From the NCBI GenBank assembly GCA_001769385.1, contig MEPB01000048.1:21548-85547 (forward strand): a stretch of DNA of 64,000 nucleotides, read 5' to 3'. The notes under the pieces were generated by a model. It was not told the DNA's origin, searched no databases, and was given only the letters and a program-made list of their open reading frames with translations. This DNA is from Bacteroidetes bacterium RIFCSPLOWO2_12_FULL_35_15. GTDB lineage: Bacteria > Bacteroidota > Bacteroidia > 2-12-FULL-35-15. The position numbers and the translations under genes were made by a program. Every line of letters starts with the position of its first letter. The first letter of the stretch is position 1. Positions 48,401 to 57,659 of the stretch are shown piece after piece.

Positions 48401-50168
48401 TACAGAAACGGTAAGTGGCTGCCAGAGTTCAGCAACAGTGGTAACTATTACGGTTAATCCTCCGCCATCCGCTCCAACAGCTCCAAGCCCGGCATCTTAT
48501 TGTCAGGGTGATACTATTGCTGATTTGACGGCAACAGGTACAGGTGGAACATTCACCTGGTATTCAGATGCCGGTTTAATAACTCAAGTAGGTACGGGTA
48601 GCCCTTTTGCATCAGGAGCTACAAGTACCGGTACTTTTTATGTAACAGAAACGGTAAGTGGTTGTCAGAGTGCGGCAACAACGGTAACTATTACAGTTAA
48701 TCCTCCTCCATCAGCACCAACTGCTCCAAGTCCTTCTGCTTATTGCCAAGGTACTGCCATTGCTGATTTAACAGCCTCCGGAACAGGGGGAACATTTACA
48801 TGGTATTCGAATCCAGGCTTAACAACTCAGGTAGGAACAGGTAGTCCTTTTGCATCCGGAGCAACAAATACAACTACTTTTTATGTAACAGAAACTTTAG
48901 GTGGATGTCAGGGTCCTGCAACAGCAGTAACTGTTACGTTTACTCCTGCCCCATTGGCTCCAACAGCTCCAAGCCCTGCAGCGTATTGCCAGGGTGCAGC
49001 TATTGCAGATTTAACAGCAACAGGTACAGGAGGCACATTCACCTGGTATTCAGATTCCGGTCTAACCACACAAGTGGGAACAGGAAGCCCTTTTGCCTCC
49101 GGAGCCACAAGTACCGGCACTTTTTATGTAACAGAAACAATAACCGGGTGTCAGAGCTTAGCAACAGCAGTAACCATTACCGTTAATTCGCCTCCATCAT
49201 CACCAACTGCTCCAAGTCCTGCAGCGTATTGTCAGGGTGATGCTATTGCGAATTTAACAGCGACAGGAACAGGCGGAACATTCACATGGTATTCAAATCC
49301 CGGCTTGACCACTCAAGTAGGGACAGGAAGTTCTTTTGCATCCGGAGCCACCAGTACCAGCATTTTTTATGTTACACAAACCATATCAGGATGTCCGAGT
49401 TCAGCAACTGCAGTGACTATTACAATTAATAATATACCAACTACTCCAACCGCAGGAAGCAACAGCCCAATATGCGAGGGTTCTGCATTAAATTTAACTT
49501 CTGATACAGTAACAGGAGCAACCTATAGCTGGACAGGTCCAAACGGATTCAATTCTCCTGCTGAGGATCCGGTTGTTAGTACTAGCGCTACTGTGGCGAT
49601 GTCTGGAACATATTCAGTTACTGTAACAGTAGCAGGTTGTACCAGTCTGGCAGGAACAACTTCCGTAATTGTGAATCCGCTACCTATTGCCAGTGCAGGA
49701 GTTGATGCAATGATCCTATCCGGTAGTTCCATAACATTAACGGCCAGCGGTGGCGGGTCGTATTTATGGAGTACAGGTGATACTGACACAACTATTACAG
49801 TTTCACCTACTGTTACTACAGATTATTGCGTAACGGTGATGGATGTAAATTCCTGTTCAGATAGTGATTGTGTTCGGGTAATTGTTGAAATACCTTGCGG
49901 AACATTATTTGTACCGCTTGCATTTTCACCAAATGGTGATAATGAAAATGATGTGTTGTCTGTTTATGGAGATTGTATTACGTATCTTGAATTTGTAATT
50001 TTTGATCGTTGGGGAGAAAAAGTATTTGAAACAAGCGACCAAACAATAAGTTGGGACGGTACCTACAAAGGAAAAAAATTGGATACTGCTGTTTTTGTTT
50101 ATTATTTGAAGGCAACAGTAAAAGGGGAATCAATAAACAAACACGGTAATATTACATTAACGAAATAA
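42456..50168 (+). CDS. Giant T9SS type B (CHU_C/gliding-motility CTD) repeat adhesin, SprB-like
   Basis: Signal peptide, PKD, 13 x 90-aa and 5 x 81-aa Ig-like repeats, and C-terminal FVPLAFSPNGDNEND...IFDRWGE...WDG...KHGNITL. Followed by porP. Confidence 0.92.
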   Translation: MKKIILINCLIFLSIIKAFAQPANDGCAGAQSVTPDGTCVAGTTVDATDGWTGSVGCQSGASHPEVWYSFVSTGTQASFTITNGTMTGNIELVLVESSGPCAGLALTGSSCGASPLSASFNGLVIGTTYYYTISSSTSSLGTFTTCVTTSNPPPVSGQDCGNAAILCNNNPFSQGTSSAGAGAVFGNASNENLSALGCLASDERQSKWYKFTIGCTGTIEFLVDPNDNANDYDWAVYDITTSGCALTPGGAAAGGATQVACNYSGCPGNTGILNPLTDPCTITNYTTCEAAGGPGNCSGADIGQFSIAPPTLTAGHTYALIIDNFSLSNAGFAFSWLSGGTATIGPDANYTYANPSCGVFNFTKSCATINSTFLWTFGDGGTSTLQNPSHTYVTGGTYIISLQVTDALGCINTSSQTVAFLTPLATATPASQSICSGTSTSIALSSTVIGTTYAWTVSETGVSGASAGSGSSIAQTLTLTGAVAGTATYTITPTAAGCVGATITVTITVNPSATIVLSSAVGTNAQTVCALAAIANITYTVGGAGTGAGVTGLPAGVTGAFAGTTFTISGTPTATGTFNYVVTTTGTCTQATATGTIIVNPNATITLTSAAATTAQTLCVSTAITNITYTVGGGGTGAGVTGLPAGVTGSFAGGVFTISGTPTATGTFNYTVTTTGSCTQATALGTITVNPNASITLTSAVGSNAQTICLTSPVTTITYTVGGGGTGAGVTGLPAGVSGSFAGSTFTISGTPTATGTFNYVVTTTGTCTQVTALGTIIVNPNATITLTSAIATTAQTLCVSTAITNITYTIGGGGTGAGVTGLPAGVTGSYAGGIFTISGTPTATGTFNYTVTTTGTCTQATALGTITVTPNATITLTSAVGTNAQTICLTSPVTTITYTVGGGGTGAGVTGLPAGVTGSFAGSTFTISGTPTATGTFNYVVTTTGTCTQVTALGTIIVNPNATITLTSAIATTAQTLCVSTAITTITYSIGGSGTGAGVTGLPAGVTGSFAGGVFTISGTPTASGTFNYTVTTTGTCTQATATGSITVNPLPAITSIPFTNETTCGASDGTITINATGTGLTYSINGGTSFVGTNLFTGLAAGSYTIVVENAAGCTVNGGVISISSAGAPATPAANAAPNPLCEGSALTLTVVAPVGGVTYNWSGPGGYSATGSSVSIPGVTTAMTGVYTVTGSIGSCVSPGGSVTVTVDPNAAIALTSAVGTDIQTWCLTNTITTISYTITDGGTGAGVTGLPIGVTGSYAGGIFTISGTPTETGTFNYTVTTTGTCTQAVASGTITINPNAIITLTSAAGTDSQIECINTAITAITYSVTGGGAGAGVTGLPTGVTGSFAGSIFTISGIPTATGTFNYTVTTTGTCTQTTATGSIIVNPDAAITLTSAVGTDAQTWCLTDAVTTITYSITGGGTGAGITGLPAGVTGSFSGGVFTISGTPTVTGVFNYLVTTTGSCTQASATGSITINSNAIITLTSVAGSDIQTSCINVAITPITYSVSGGGAGAGVTGLPAGVAGSFSGGIFTISGTPTATGIFNYTVTTTGTCTQTTATGTINVNPDAIIALTSAVGTEAQTVCINIPITTITYSVTGGGTGAGVTGLPIGITGSFAGGVFTIFGTPTASGTFNYSVTTTGTCSQATALGTIIVDSDAAIALTSVAGTDAQTACINTAITSITYSITGSGTNAGVTGLPAGVTGSLAAGVFTINGTPTATGTFNYTITTTGTCIQTTVLGSMVINPDAVIALTSAAGTNSQTLCINTAISVITYSITDGGTGAGVTGLPAGVTGSFAAGVFTISGTPSTSGTFNYTVTTTGTCLQATATGSIIINALPIIDTTNIVITPATCGLSDGSITGITASGATVLAYTWNGAASATTDLINVPVGAYTLVAMDINNCSSSMGPVQIINPGAPAAPAAPSPAAYCQGAAIADLTATGTGGTLTWYADAGLIAQVGTGSPFTTGVTSTSTFYVTETVSGCQSSATVVTITVNPPPSAPTAPSPASYCQGDTIADLTATGTGGTFTWYSDAGLITQVGTGSPFASGATSTGTFYVTETVSGCQSAATTVTITVNPPPSAPTAPSPSAYCQGTAIADLTASGTGGTFTWYSNPGLTTQVGTGSPFASGATNTTTFYVTETLGGCQGPATAVTVTFTPAPLAPTAPSPAAYCQGAAIADLTATGTGGTFTWYSDSGLTTQVGTGSPFASGATSTGTFYVTETITGCQSLATAVTITVNSPPSSPTAPSPAAYCQGDAIANLTATGTGGTFTWYSNPGLTTQVGTGSSFASGATSTSIFYVTQTISGCPSSATAVTITINNIPTTPTAGSNSPICEGSALNLTSDTVTGATYSWTGPNGFNSPAEDPVVSTSATVAMSGTYSVTVTVAGCTSLAGTTSVIVNPLPIASAGVDAMILSGSSITLTASGGGSYLWSTGDTDTTITVSPTVTTDYCVTVMDVNSCSDSDCVRVIVEIPCGTLFVPLAFSPNGDNENDVLSVYGDCITYLEFVIFDRWGEKVFETSDQTISWDGTYKGKKLDTAVFVYYLKATVKGESINKHGNITLTK
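43983..47976 (+). repeat. Coding tandem repeats: 13 x 270 bp in two blocks (6 + 7)
   Basis: Unit starts at ~43983, 44253, 44523, 44793, 45063, 45333 and ~46086, 46356, 46626, 46896, 47166, 47436, 47706. Confidence 0.9.
48220..49430 (+). repeat. Coding tandem repeats: 5 x 243 bp (81-aa Ig-like)
   Basis: YCQG codons at 48255, 48498, 48741, 48984 and 49227. Confidence 0.9.
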
Positions 50169-50305
50169 AACAGGTTACGAATAAACAAATAAAAACGAAT
50201 TTACAAAACGAATCAAAAATGAAGATGTGTAGCAAATTAGTAAACATTTTTTTATTGCCGACTTGTAAGTTCTTAGCAAAAACTGAACATTAAAACAATA
50301 ACGAG

Positions 50306-51373
50306 ATGAAAACAAAAAACGAAATGGCTGTCCTGACAATTAAAAAGGCATTTTTTATTGCTGTATTAGTAGGATTAGTTAATTATGTTCCTGCAATAGC
50401 ACAGGATATTCACTTTTCGCAATTTGATGAAACCCCATTGCAATTGAATCCTGCAAATGCAGCTGTGCGGCACGAAATATCTGTAATTGCCAATTATAAA
50501 AATCAGTGGCAAAGTGTTGGGGCGCCTTATAAAACATTTGCATTTTCAGGAGAAGTTAAATTATTAAAAAAGAAAAAACAAAACCTTGGATTAGGAATTG
50601 ATTTTTTTAATGATAAAGCCGGTGATTCACAAATGGGAACTACTCAGGCAAATTTATCTCTTTCAGGAATTATTCCGCTTAATTCTAAAAGTCTTATTTC
50701 CGGTGGATTAATGTGTGGCTTTGCACAACGTACCATGACAAGCGGAAAACTTAGTTGGGGAAAACAATATAACGGAATGGACTATGATGCAAGTTTGCCA
50801 ACCGGTGAAATAAGTTCTGTTAGTAATTATACCTTTCTTGATCTTGGTGCCGGAGTACAATATAGCTATGGTACACATGAAATGTATATCTCTGCCAATG
50901 ATGCAAGAAAGATAAATATTGGAGTGTCTGTTTTTCACCCGCATCAACCGGCCTATTCCTATTATGGAGATAAGTCGCAAAGATTGCACATGAAACTAAT
51001 ATTTCATGGTGATGCAGCATTGGGAATAAAAAACACAAACCTGATATTAAAACCTTCTTATATTATTTTCATACAAGGAGCAACAAAAGAAATAACACCC
51101 GGTATGACCTTCCAGTATGTTTTACAGGAGTCCTCAAAATATACGGGCATCAAAAAAGCTTCTGCTGTTTCTCTTGGTGCTTATTATCGAACACAAGATG
51201 CATTTATAGCAATAGTAAAGTATGAATATTCAAATTATGCAGTCGGATTTAGTTACGATATTAATCTTTCAAAATTAAAAACAGTTTCTTCTGCTCGTGG
51301 CGGATTCGAAATTTCTTTACGATTTATTGCCCCTGCTGCTTTTGGTAAAAGCACTTCAAGAGCAAGGCTATAA
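50306..51373 (+). CDS. PorP/SprF family T9SS membrane protein
   Basis: QDIHFSQF..PL.LNPA, NYKNQW, NDKAG, GAYYR..DA, GFSYDIN.S.L and GGFEISL; adjacent to a type B cargo gene. Confidence 0.93.
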   Translation: MKTKNEMAVLTIKKAFFIAVLVGLVNYVPAIAQDIHFSQFDETPLQLNPANAAVRHEISVIANYKNQWQSVGAPYKTFAFSGEVKLLKKKKQNLGLGIDFFNDKAGDSQMGTTQANLSLSGIIPLNSKSLISGGLMCGFAQRTMTSGKLSWGKQYNGMDYDASLPTGEISSVSNYTFLDLGAGVQYSYGTHEMYISANDARKINIGVSVFHPHQPAYSYYGDKSQRLHMKLIFHGDAALGIKNTNLILKPSYIIFIQGATKEITPGMTFQYVLQESSKYTGIKKASAVSLGAYYRTQDAFIAIVKYEYSNYAVGFSYDINLSKLKTVSSARGGFEISLRFIAPAAFGKSTSRARL

Positions 51374-51880
51374 ATTAGTAATAGTGTGACTATTTTATTG
51401 ATTTCTTTTTGAAATGAAGTTCGGCAGGATGCCGGTTAATAAAAGCGGAGCGGGACGCTCTGCTTAACAGAGAGCATAAAAAAAGCTTCTGCTGTTTCTC
51501 TTGGTGCTTATTATCGAACACAAGATGCATTTATAGCAATAGTCAAGTATGAATATTCAAATTATGCAGTCGGATTTAGTTATGATATTAATCTTTCAAA
51601 ATTAAAAACAGTTTCTTCTGCTCGTGGCGGATTCGAAGTTTCTTTACGATTTATTGCCCCCGCTGCTTTTGGTAAAAGCACTTCAAGAGCAAGGCTATAA
51701 ATTAGTAATTGTGAACTGTTTTATTGATTTCTTTTTGAAATGAAGTTTAGCAGGATGCCGGTTAACAGAGCAAGGCTATAAATTAGTAATAGTGTGAACT
51801 GTTTTATTGATTCTTTTTGAAATGAAGTTCGGCAGGATGCCGGTTAATAAAAGCGGAGCGGGACGCTCTGCTTAACAGAG
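51147..51880 (+). repeat. Direct tandem duplication of the porP 3' end and downstream sequence (327-bp period) with an extra ~80-bp sub-duplication
   Basis: Copy 1 at 51147-51473 and copy 2 from 51474. The segment agagcaaggctataaattagtaat...gccggttaa is present three times. Confidence 0.93.
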
Positions 51881-51943
51881 GATTCTCCACTTAACATGTT
51901 TTTCAGCTTGATCTTTCCGAATAAATCATGTATTTTCTTTTAC

Positions 51944-51979
51944 AAAAAAAGTGCTGAAATTAGTTTCAGCACTTTTTTT
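51944..51979. terminator. Bidirectional rho-independent terminator
   Basis: A7-GTGCTGAAA-ttag-TTTCAGCAC-T7 between convergent genes. Confidence 0.88.
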
Positions 51980-52004
51980 ATTTAACCAGTTTTTTAGCAT
52001 TGTA

Positions 52005-55000
52005 TCATTTCAGCAAAGTAACAATGCCTTTATAATAATGTACATTCTTTTTGATGTCAGTAACATTAATTGAATAAACATATACATCTACCTCTGCCAT
52101 TTCGCTTCCTCCTTTTGTTTTACCGGTCCAGGGTTTATTGATATCATCGGTTTTATAAACGAGATTTCCCCAGCGATCATAGATGCTCATCTCATATTTC
52201 TCAATAAAAATACCTCTTCCTGAAAAACTATCATTCAACCCGTTTCCATTGGGTGTAAATGCACTGGGAATGTAAAACATAAAATCAGGTTCGATAGTGA
52301 TGTTTTGATAGGCCGTATCCCAACAATTGTATTGGGTGGAGGTGATCAATGTAATGATATAGGTTCCGGTATCCGCATACGTATGAGGTGTTGGATCAGC
52401 ATTGGAAAATGTTGTCAGATCTCCCAGATCCCAGGACCAAAAATTTGCTCCGGTCGATAAATTTGTGAACGTAATGATCGGAGTAAGAATGGTCGTACTT
52501 GTTGGCTGAACATTAAAATCTGCAACCGGATTCGGATATACCACGATGTAATTATTTTGTGTGAAGGTGCTTATACAGCCTTTATCAGAGGTAACTGTTA
52601 AAGTCACACCGGATGCTATCGGTACAAAAACAGAATCATTGGTATAACAATTTGTTGGAGACGGAGAATTACTGCTTGCGGCCTGTCAGCAATGTAACGG
52701 TATATATTCCTGCCGCAGCAAAGTTATGCGAAGGGCTTTGAGTGGTATTGACAGGTGTGCCATCACCGAAATCCCAATTCCAGGAAGTGATCGTTCCTGA
52801 AACGCTGCTTGAGTTGTCGGTAAATTGGGTGGCATTACCGGCGCAAACACTTGTATTTGTGAAATCAGCAACCGGCATGGAATAGATTGTAATTGTAGCC
52901 ACCGTGGTATCGGGGCAACCCAGCGATGTGGAATGAGTAATAAGCGTGACCGTATAATTTCCTGCTGTTGCATATAAATGTGCCGGACTCCAGCTTGTTG
53001 TATTGATGGCTGTACCATCACCAAAATCCCATGACCAATTTGCCATACTCCCCATTGCAGGATCGGTAGATGTGTTTGTAAATAGTGCAGAATCAAGTAA
53101 GCAGGTATTACTGAACGTGAATGTTGATGTAGGAGCATCAAAAGAAGTTACAGAAATAGTCGCAACATTGGAACATCCGTCACTGGTTGTGGCCAACAAA
53201 GTAACAGTATAAATACCTGCACTGGAATAATAATTAGTAGGATCTTGTGCAGTACTTGTTGCTCCGCTACCGCCAAATGTCCATAAATAGCCGGCTAGCG
53301 AAGTAGAAGCATCCACCGAAGAGGTATTGATAAAAGGCATGGTGTCGCCTGCGCATACATTTCCAAAGGTAAAGTTTGCAGTAGGAATATAATACACCTG
53401 AACAGGTTTGCTGATTGTAGTGGTGCAACCAAAACTATTACCTGCTATCAACGTAGCATTATACATTCCTGCTGCAGCATAGGTATGCGAAGGATTTTGA
53501 GTATTATCTAAAGGTGTGATATCACCGAAATCCCAATTCCAGGAAGTGATCGTTCCGGAGCTAGTGCTTGAATTGTCGGTAAATTGGGTGATATTGCCTG
53601 CACAAACACTTGTGCTGTTAAAATCCGCAAGAGGAGCAGGGTTAACAGTCACGGTTATCTGATCAGTTGCCGTACATCCATTTGCATCGGTAATGGTTAC
53701 CGTATAAGTTCCTGTTGCAGCAGCGGTAATGGATTGACTTGTTTCAGTGGTGTTCCAACTGTAAGAGCTGGAATTATTGGCTGTAAGAAGTACGTTACCT
53801 CCCGGACAAAATGCAAGGGGACCATTTGGAGTGATGGAGGCGCTGGCAACATTTACGGTAATGGTAATACTGTTTTGTGAGGTGCAACCATATCGGTCTG
53901 TTTCGGTAACACTATATACGGTAGTCACCAAAGGAGAAGTAGTAAAAGTTGCTGCGCTTGAGGTAAATCCCGCAGGGACCGATGTCCAGCTGTATGTATA
54001 AGGTTGGGATCCTAAAATCGTAGTTGCCGAAACCGTTACACTTTGTCCTAAGCAGATTGCTGTTGCAGATGGTGTAATAGTAGTTACAGGGCAAAGATTA
54101 ACTTCAATAACAGAAAGAGAATTATAACTGTTGCAATCCAGGTCGTTCCATGTTCCGGCAGGATAAATTTGTGTACATTCTTCATCTCCGGAATTATTAG
54201 GCTCACCAGCGGCCCAGTTTTCGTAACCTAAGGGACTACCATCATACCATGAGAAGGGACCACCGGGGAATGATCGTCCATAGCCGATCCATATAACCTG
54301 ACTTGCATAGCCCTGATTATTTAAAGCATTCATCAGATCCGTATTTTCAGTACCTGATTGAACAGAGATCAGATCGGCACCGAATGTTTGGGCATACGTT
54401 TCTGCTGCAGGACCCGACATAAACTGAGGATTAATAAAATATAAACTACAGGAATTGTCCATGTTCACCAGTTCTGTATTACCCGCACCTATTAATGTAG
54501 AACGAATAAGCGAAAGATTACAATTATTAGGAGGAGGTAAAGGAGAGCATCCAACAGCATCAGTACCTGCAACGCAAGGGCACAGATCATTGTAATTAGG
54601 TACCCCATCGCCATCGCTATCTGCTGTTCCATTTGCCGTAACATTGGCCACTAACAATAAACCATAAGGACCACCTCCGTTATAAACCAATACATCCACA
54701 TAATTAATTCCCGGAACCCAGGGACCAACTAAGGTCATGTTTAGTTGTGTTCCTGCTGCAAAGCCTCCTCCGCTAAAGCCGGTACTATTGCCATTTATAA
54801 ATACATCTGATATGGTATTGTCAACATATCCCGATAAGTTCAAAGTAAAACTACCGGGAGTGGATACACTATTGCCATTGCAATCGGGTGGCAAGTTGAT
54901 TGTTAATCTGAAATAGCGATATCCCAGCTGGGCGTCAGGATCCGTGCAAGGTACATTGGATTCAGAGATCCAGTTCCCATTATTGATCGGAGGAGGTAAG

Positions 55001-55293
55001 GTGGCAGGGTCTATCCATGCTCCTACCGCACAAGCGTTTGAAATTAAAGCAGATCCATACGTTTGAGTCAATGGTCCGGGTGGCACACCAAATATTACAG
55101 GTGATACCAACCAAAGCGGATCGATGGATCCTTGTGGTCCTTGCCCGGTAGCTAAAGTTATAGGATTAGGAAATGTTTGCGCCTGACCATTAACGAAGAA
55201 AGTTAATGCAAACACATTCATTAAAAGAAAAACCTTTTTTAATTTTAAATACCTTAGGCCATTCAGTTTAGTGATAGACATTTTATTTGTCAA
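52005..55293 (-). pseudogene. T9SS type B adhesin (TSP3-like motif, C-type lectin, PKD repeats, CHU_C CTD) broken by frameshift/internal deletion near 52670-52690
   Basis: The 874-aa ORF stops inside a PKD (IYTVTLLTGRKQ*). Another frame resumes mid-PKD (AASSNSPSPTNCYTND...VTLTVTSDKGC) and ends in YIPSAFTPNGNGLND...YDRWG CTD. Confidence 0.8.
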
Positions 55294-55594
55294 TTTTTAT
55301 TTAGTAAAAATTCAAGGCTGAGGGTTTGAAATGAAAAATTTCAAACCCTTATAGATGCGTTTCATATGCAATTTACAAACAAATTTGAATTACATCGAAA
55401 TTATGTTCTCAAAAATCAAAAAATTAATCCTGGTTGATTCATTTAAAATTTTCCTTAATAATTTTTTTAGATTAGTGTTATTGATTTAATTATTTAAAAA
55501 TAGCTTAAATTTGATAATATATATAAATCTAGATTACATTGAGTTTGTAAATAAAGCATCGTCCTAATCTCTCACAGTTAATAATCAAACAATA

Positions 55595-57358
55595 ATGAAA
55601 AGTAAACTATTTATTGTTTTAGTTTTTCTGGGGGAGATTTTGATCGGACAAGAAAAAGTTGAGAAACTTAAAAAGCAAATCACTACCTACACCTATCTCA
55701 ACCACTACGATTCCGCACAAACAATAGTGCTTGACTATCTTGACCAAAAAGAGCTTTCACCTTTAGAAATATTTTACGGACATTTTTTGTTTGCCGATAT
55801 TTTAAAATCTTCGAACAAACCAATTGAGGCAATTGAAAAGTTTAAGGAATGTAAAAAATATCTCGATGCAATTGCAGAAAATAAAAACTACTTGTCACTT
55901 ATTGATGGCGACATTGCTGAATGTTATTTCAATATGTCACAGTATGAAGATGCGAAAAGATATGCCTTGTTGTCGCTGCAAACCAGTCCTGATTCTAGCC
56001 TTAGAGGAAGCGGGCATGCTGTAAATTATATGATATTGGGTTATGCCAATTACATTTCAAAAAATTATTCGTTGGCACTGGAAAATTATAACAATGCGAT
56101 GAAACGATATAACGCTTATGGTGCGTCATGCGAATTGCCCTTGTGCTATATGAAAATTGCCAAGGTGTATAATTCGATGGGAAATGAAAAACTTGCAGAA
56201 GAAAACATAAACAAAGCTATTTCAATAAGTGATTCCTGTGAGATTGAAAATTATAAACTGCTTTCAAAACGGACCTTGTTTGATATTTATAAAGAAAATA
56301 AAAATTACGAAAAAGCATTAATGCAATTGGAGGAAATAAATAACCTGGTTGCTAAACTGGAATACGCGAAACAAGGCAAGGTAATGAGTGAAATGGAGGT
56401 GAAATACAAAACTTTACTTTCTCAAAAAGAAATAGAAAATCTTAAAAAAATAAATGAGGCAAATAAAAAAACACTTGCAGAACAAGAGAGGGTACTTTTC
56501 ATTGTAATAGTTGCAATATTAATTTTATGTGTTTTCCTTTTTTTTCTGGTACGAATTTCCAATCAACGAAAAAAAGCAAAGCAGGAACTCGAATTGCTGA
56601 ATGTCTCACTTGAGCAAAAAGTAATTAAAAGAACGAAAGAGTTAGCTGAAGACATACTTGTTCGTAGAGAATTAGAAAAGCAATTGAGCGAAAAAATAAA
56701 TGAAATGGAAACGCTCATTTCAAAGCTTTCTCATGATCTGCGCTCTCCGCTTTTAAGTGTTCTTGGATTGATCAATGTTGCTGAAAATGATCCTGAATCC
56801 GACAAGTCAATATATTTAGATAAAATAAAAGAATCGATAAAAAGACTCGATCATATTATCATTGACATAACCAATACGATATATGTTTCTACTATGGAGC
56901 AGAATCCGGAAGTGATTCAGTTTGAAAAGATGATCAACGAAACAATAGCGGTTTTGCAATTTAGAGAAAATTTTGAAAAAATAAAGATCAGCATCCTCAT
57001 TAATCAGACAAAGGATTTTTATTCCGATCCGAAATTTTTACAATCTATCATTCAGAATCTGCTTGAAAATGCAGTAAAATATAGCAACTGCCTCATTGAG
57101 CCGTGCATTGAAATAGTAGTTCAGGAAGATGCCAAAGGAGTACTACTAAAAATAACAGATAATGGAACGGGGATCAGTCCTGAATTTCATGATAAAATAT
57201 TCGACATGTTTTTCCGTGGAACAGAGATTTCGAAAGGTACGGGACTTGGATTATACATTGTAAAAAAAGCTGTTGAGAAGCTCCATGGAAAAATTGAATT
57301 GCAAAGCGAAAAAGGAAAAGGAACTATCTTTACAATTCATCTTCCAAATCTGATTTAG
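55595..57358 (+). CDS. TPR-containing membrane sensor histidine kinase (orphan)
   Basis: TPR-like helices, a TM segment, H-box LSHDLRSPL, N-box QNLLENAVKY, DNGTGI and GTGLGLYIV. No response regulator adjacent. Confidence 0.92.
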   Translation: MKSKLFIVLVFLGEILIGQEKVEKLKKQITTYTYLNHYDSAQTIVLDYLDQKELSPLEIFYGHFLFADILKSSNKPIEAIEKFKECKKYLDAIAENKNYLSLIDGDIAECYFNMSQYEDAKRYALLSLQTSPDSSLRGSGHAVNYMILGYANYISKNYSLALENYNNAMKRYNAYGASCELPLCYMKIAKVYNSMGNEKLAEENINKAISISDSCEIENYKLLSKRTLFDIYKENKNYEKALMQLEEINNLVAKLEYAKQGKVMSEMEVKYKTLLSQKEIENLKKINEANKKTLAEQERVLFIVIVAILILCVFLFFLVRISNQRKKAKQELELLNVSLEQKVIKRTKELAEDILVRRELEKQLSEKINEMETLISKLSHDLRSPLLSVLGLINVAENDPESDKSIYLDKIKESIKRLDHIIIDITNTIYVSTMEQNPEVIQFEKMINETIAVLQFRENFEKIKISILINQTKDFYSDPKFLQSIIQNLLENAVKYSNCLIEPCIEIVVQEDAKGVLLKITDNGTGISPEFHDKIFDMFFRGTEISKGTGLGLYIVKKAVEKLHGKIELQSEKGKGTIFTIHLPNLI

Positions 57359-57390
57359 AGATTGTTTAAATTTTATTCAAATGTATTATA

Positions 57391-57484
57391 TGTCACTCCT
57401 TCGACTTTGCTCAGAATAAATTCCAGAAGAAATCTCATTTCTAGCTTAATTTTATTGAGATTTCTCCCTCTGGTCGAAATGACA
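57391..57484. repeat. REP-like hairpin element
   Basis: TGTCACTCC...AGAAATCTCA / TGAGATTTCTCCCTCTGGTCGAAATGACA; the right arm matches the 39874 units. Confidence 0.8.
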
Positions 57485-57659
57485 GAATGGTTAAAAATAT
57501 TGTAATTAGATTCTTTTATTAAATTTTAACAGGCTCTTAATTTCAAATTTAATTGTGCCTTTTCATTTTCATATAGTGGACGAGCGTCCAGTTTTTTGAA
57601 GATTTATTATTCATACGATCAGATTCTATTGCAACCATTGTCTTTTTCATTTTCAAATA

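Noticed and set aside
43811-49789. Several short antisense or alternate-frame ORFs within the adhesin
   Set aside because: Shadow ORFs caused by repetitive Thr/Gly/Ala codons.
51147-51880. Diversity-generating retroelement TR/VR pair
   Set aside because: Mismatches are not confined to adenines in either copy, and no reverse transcriptase is in the window.
55321-55349. Hairpin AGGGTTTGAAAT...ATTTCAAACCCT upstream of the lectin adhesin as a riboswitch
   Set aside because: A simple hairpin with no recognisable riboswitch motif. It may be an operator or leader structure, but this is unsupported.
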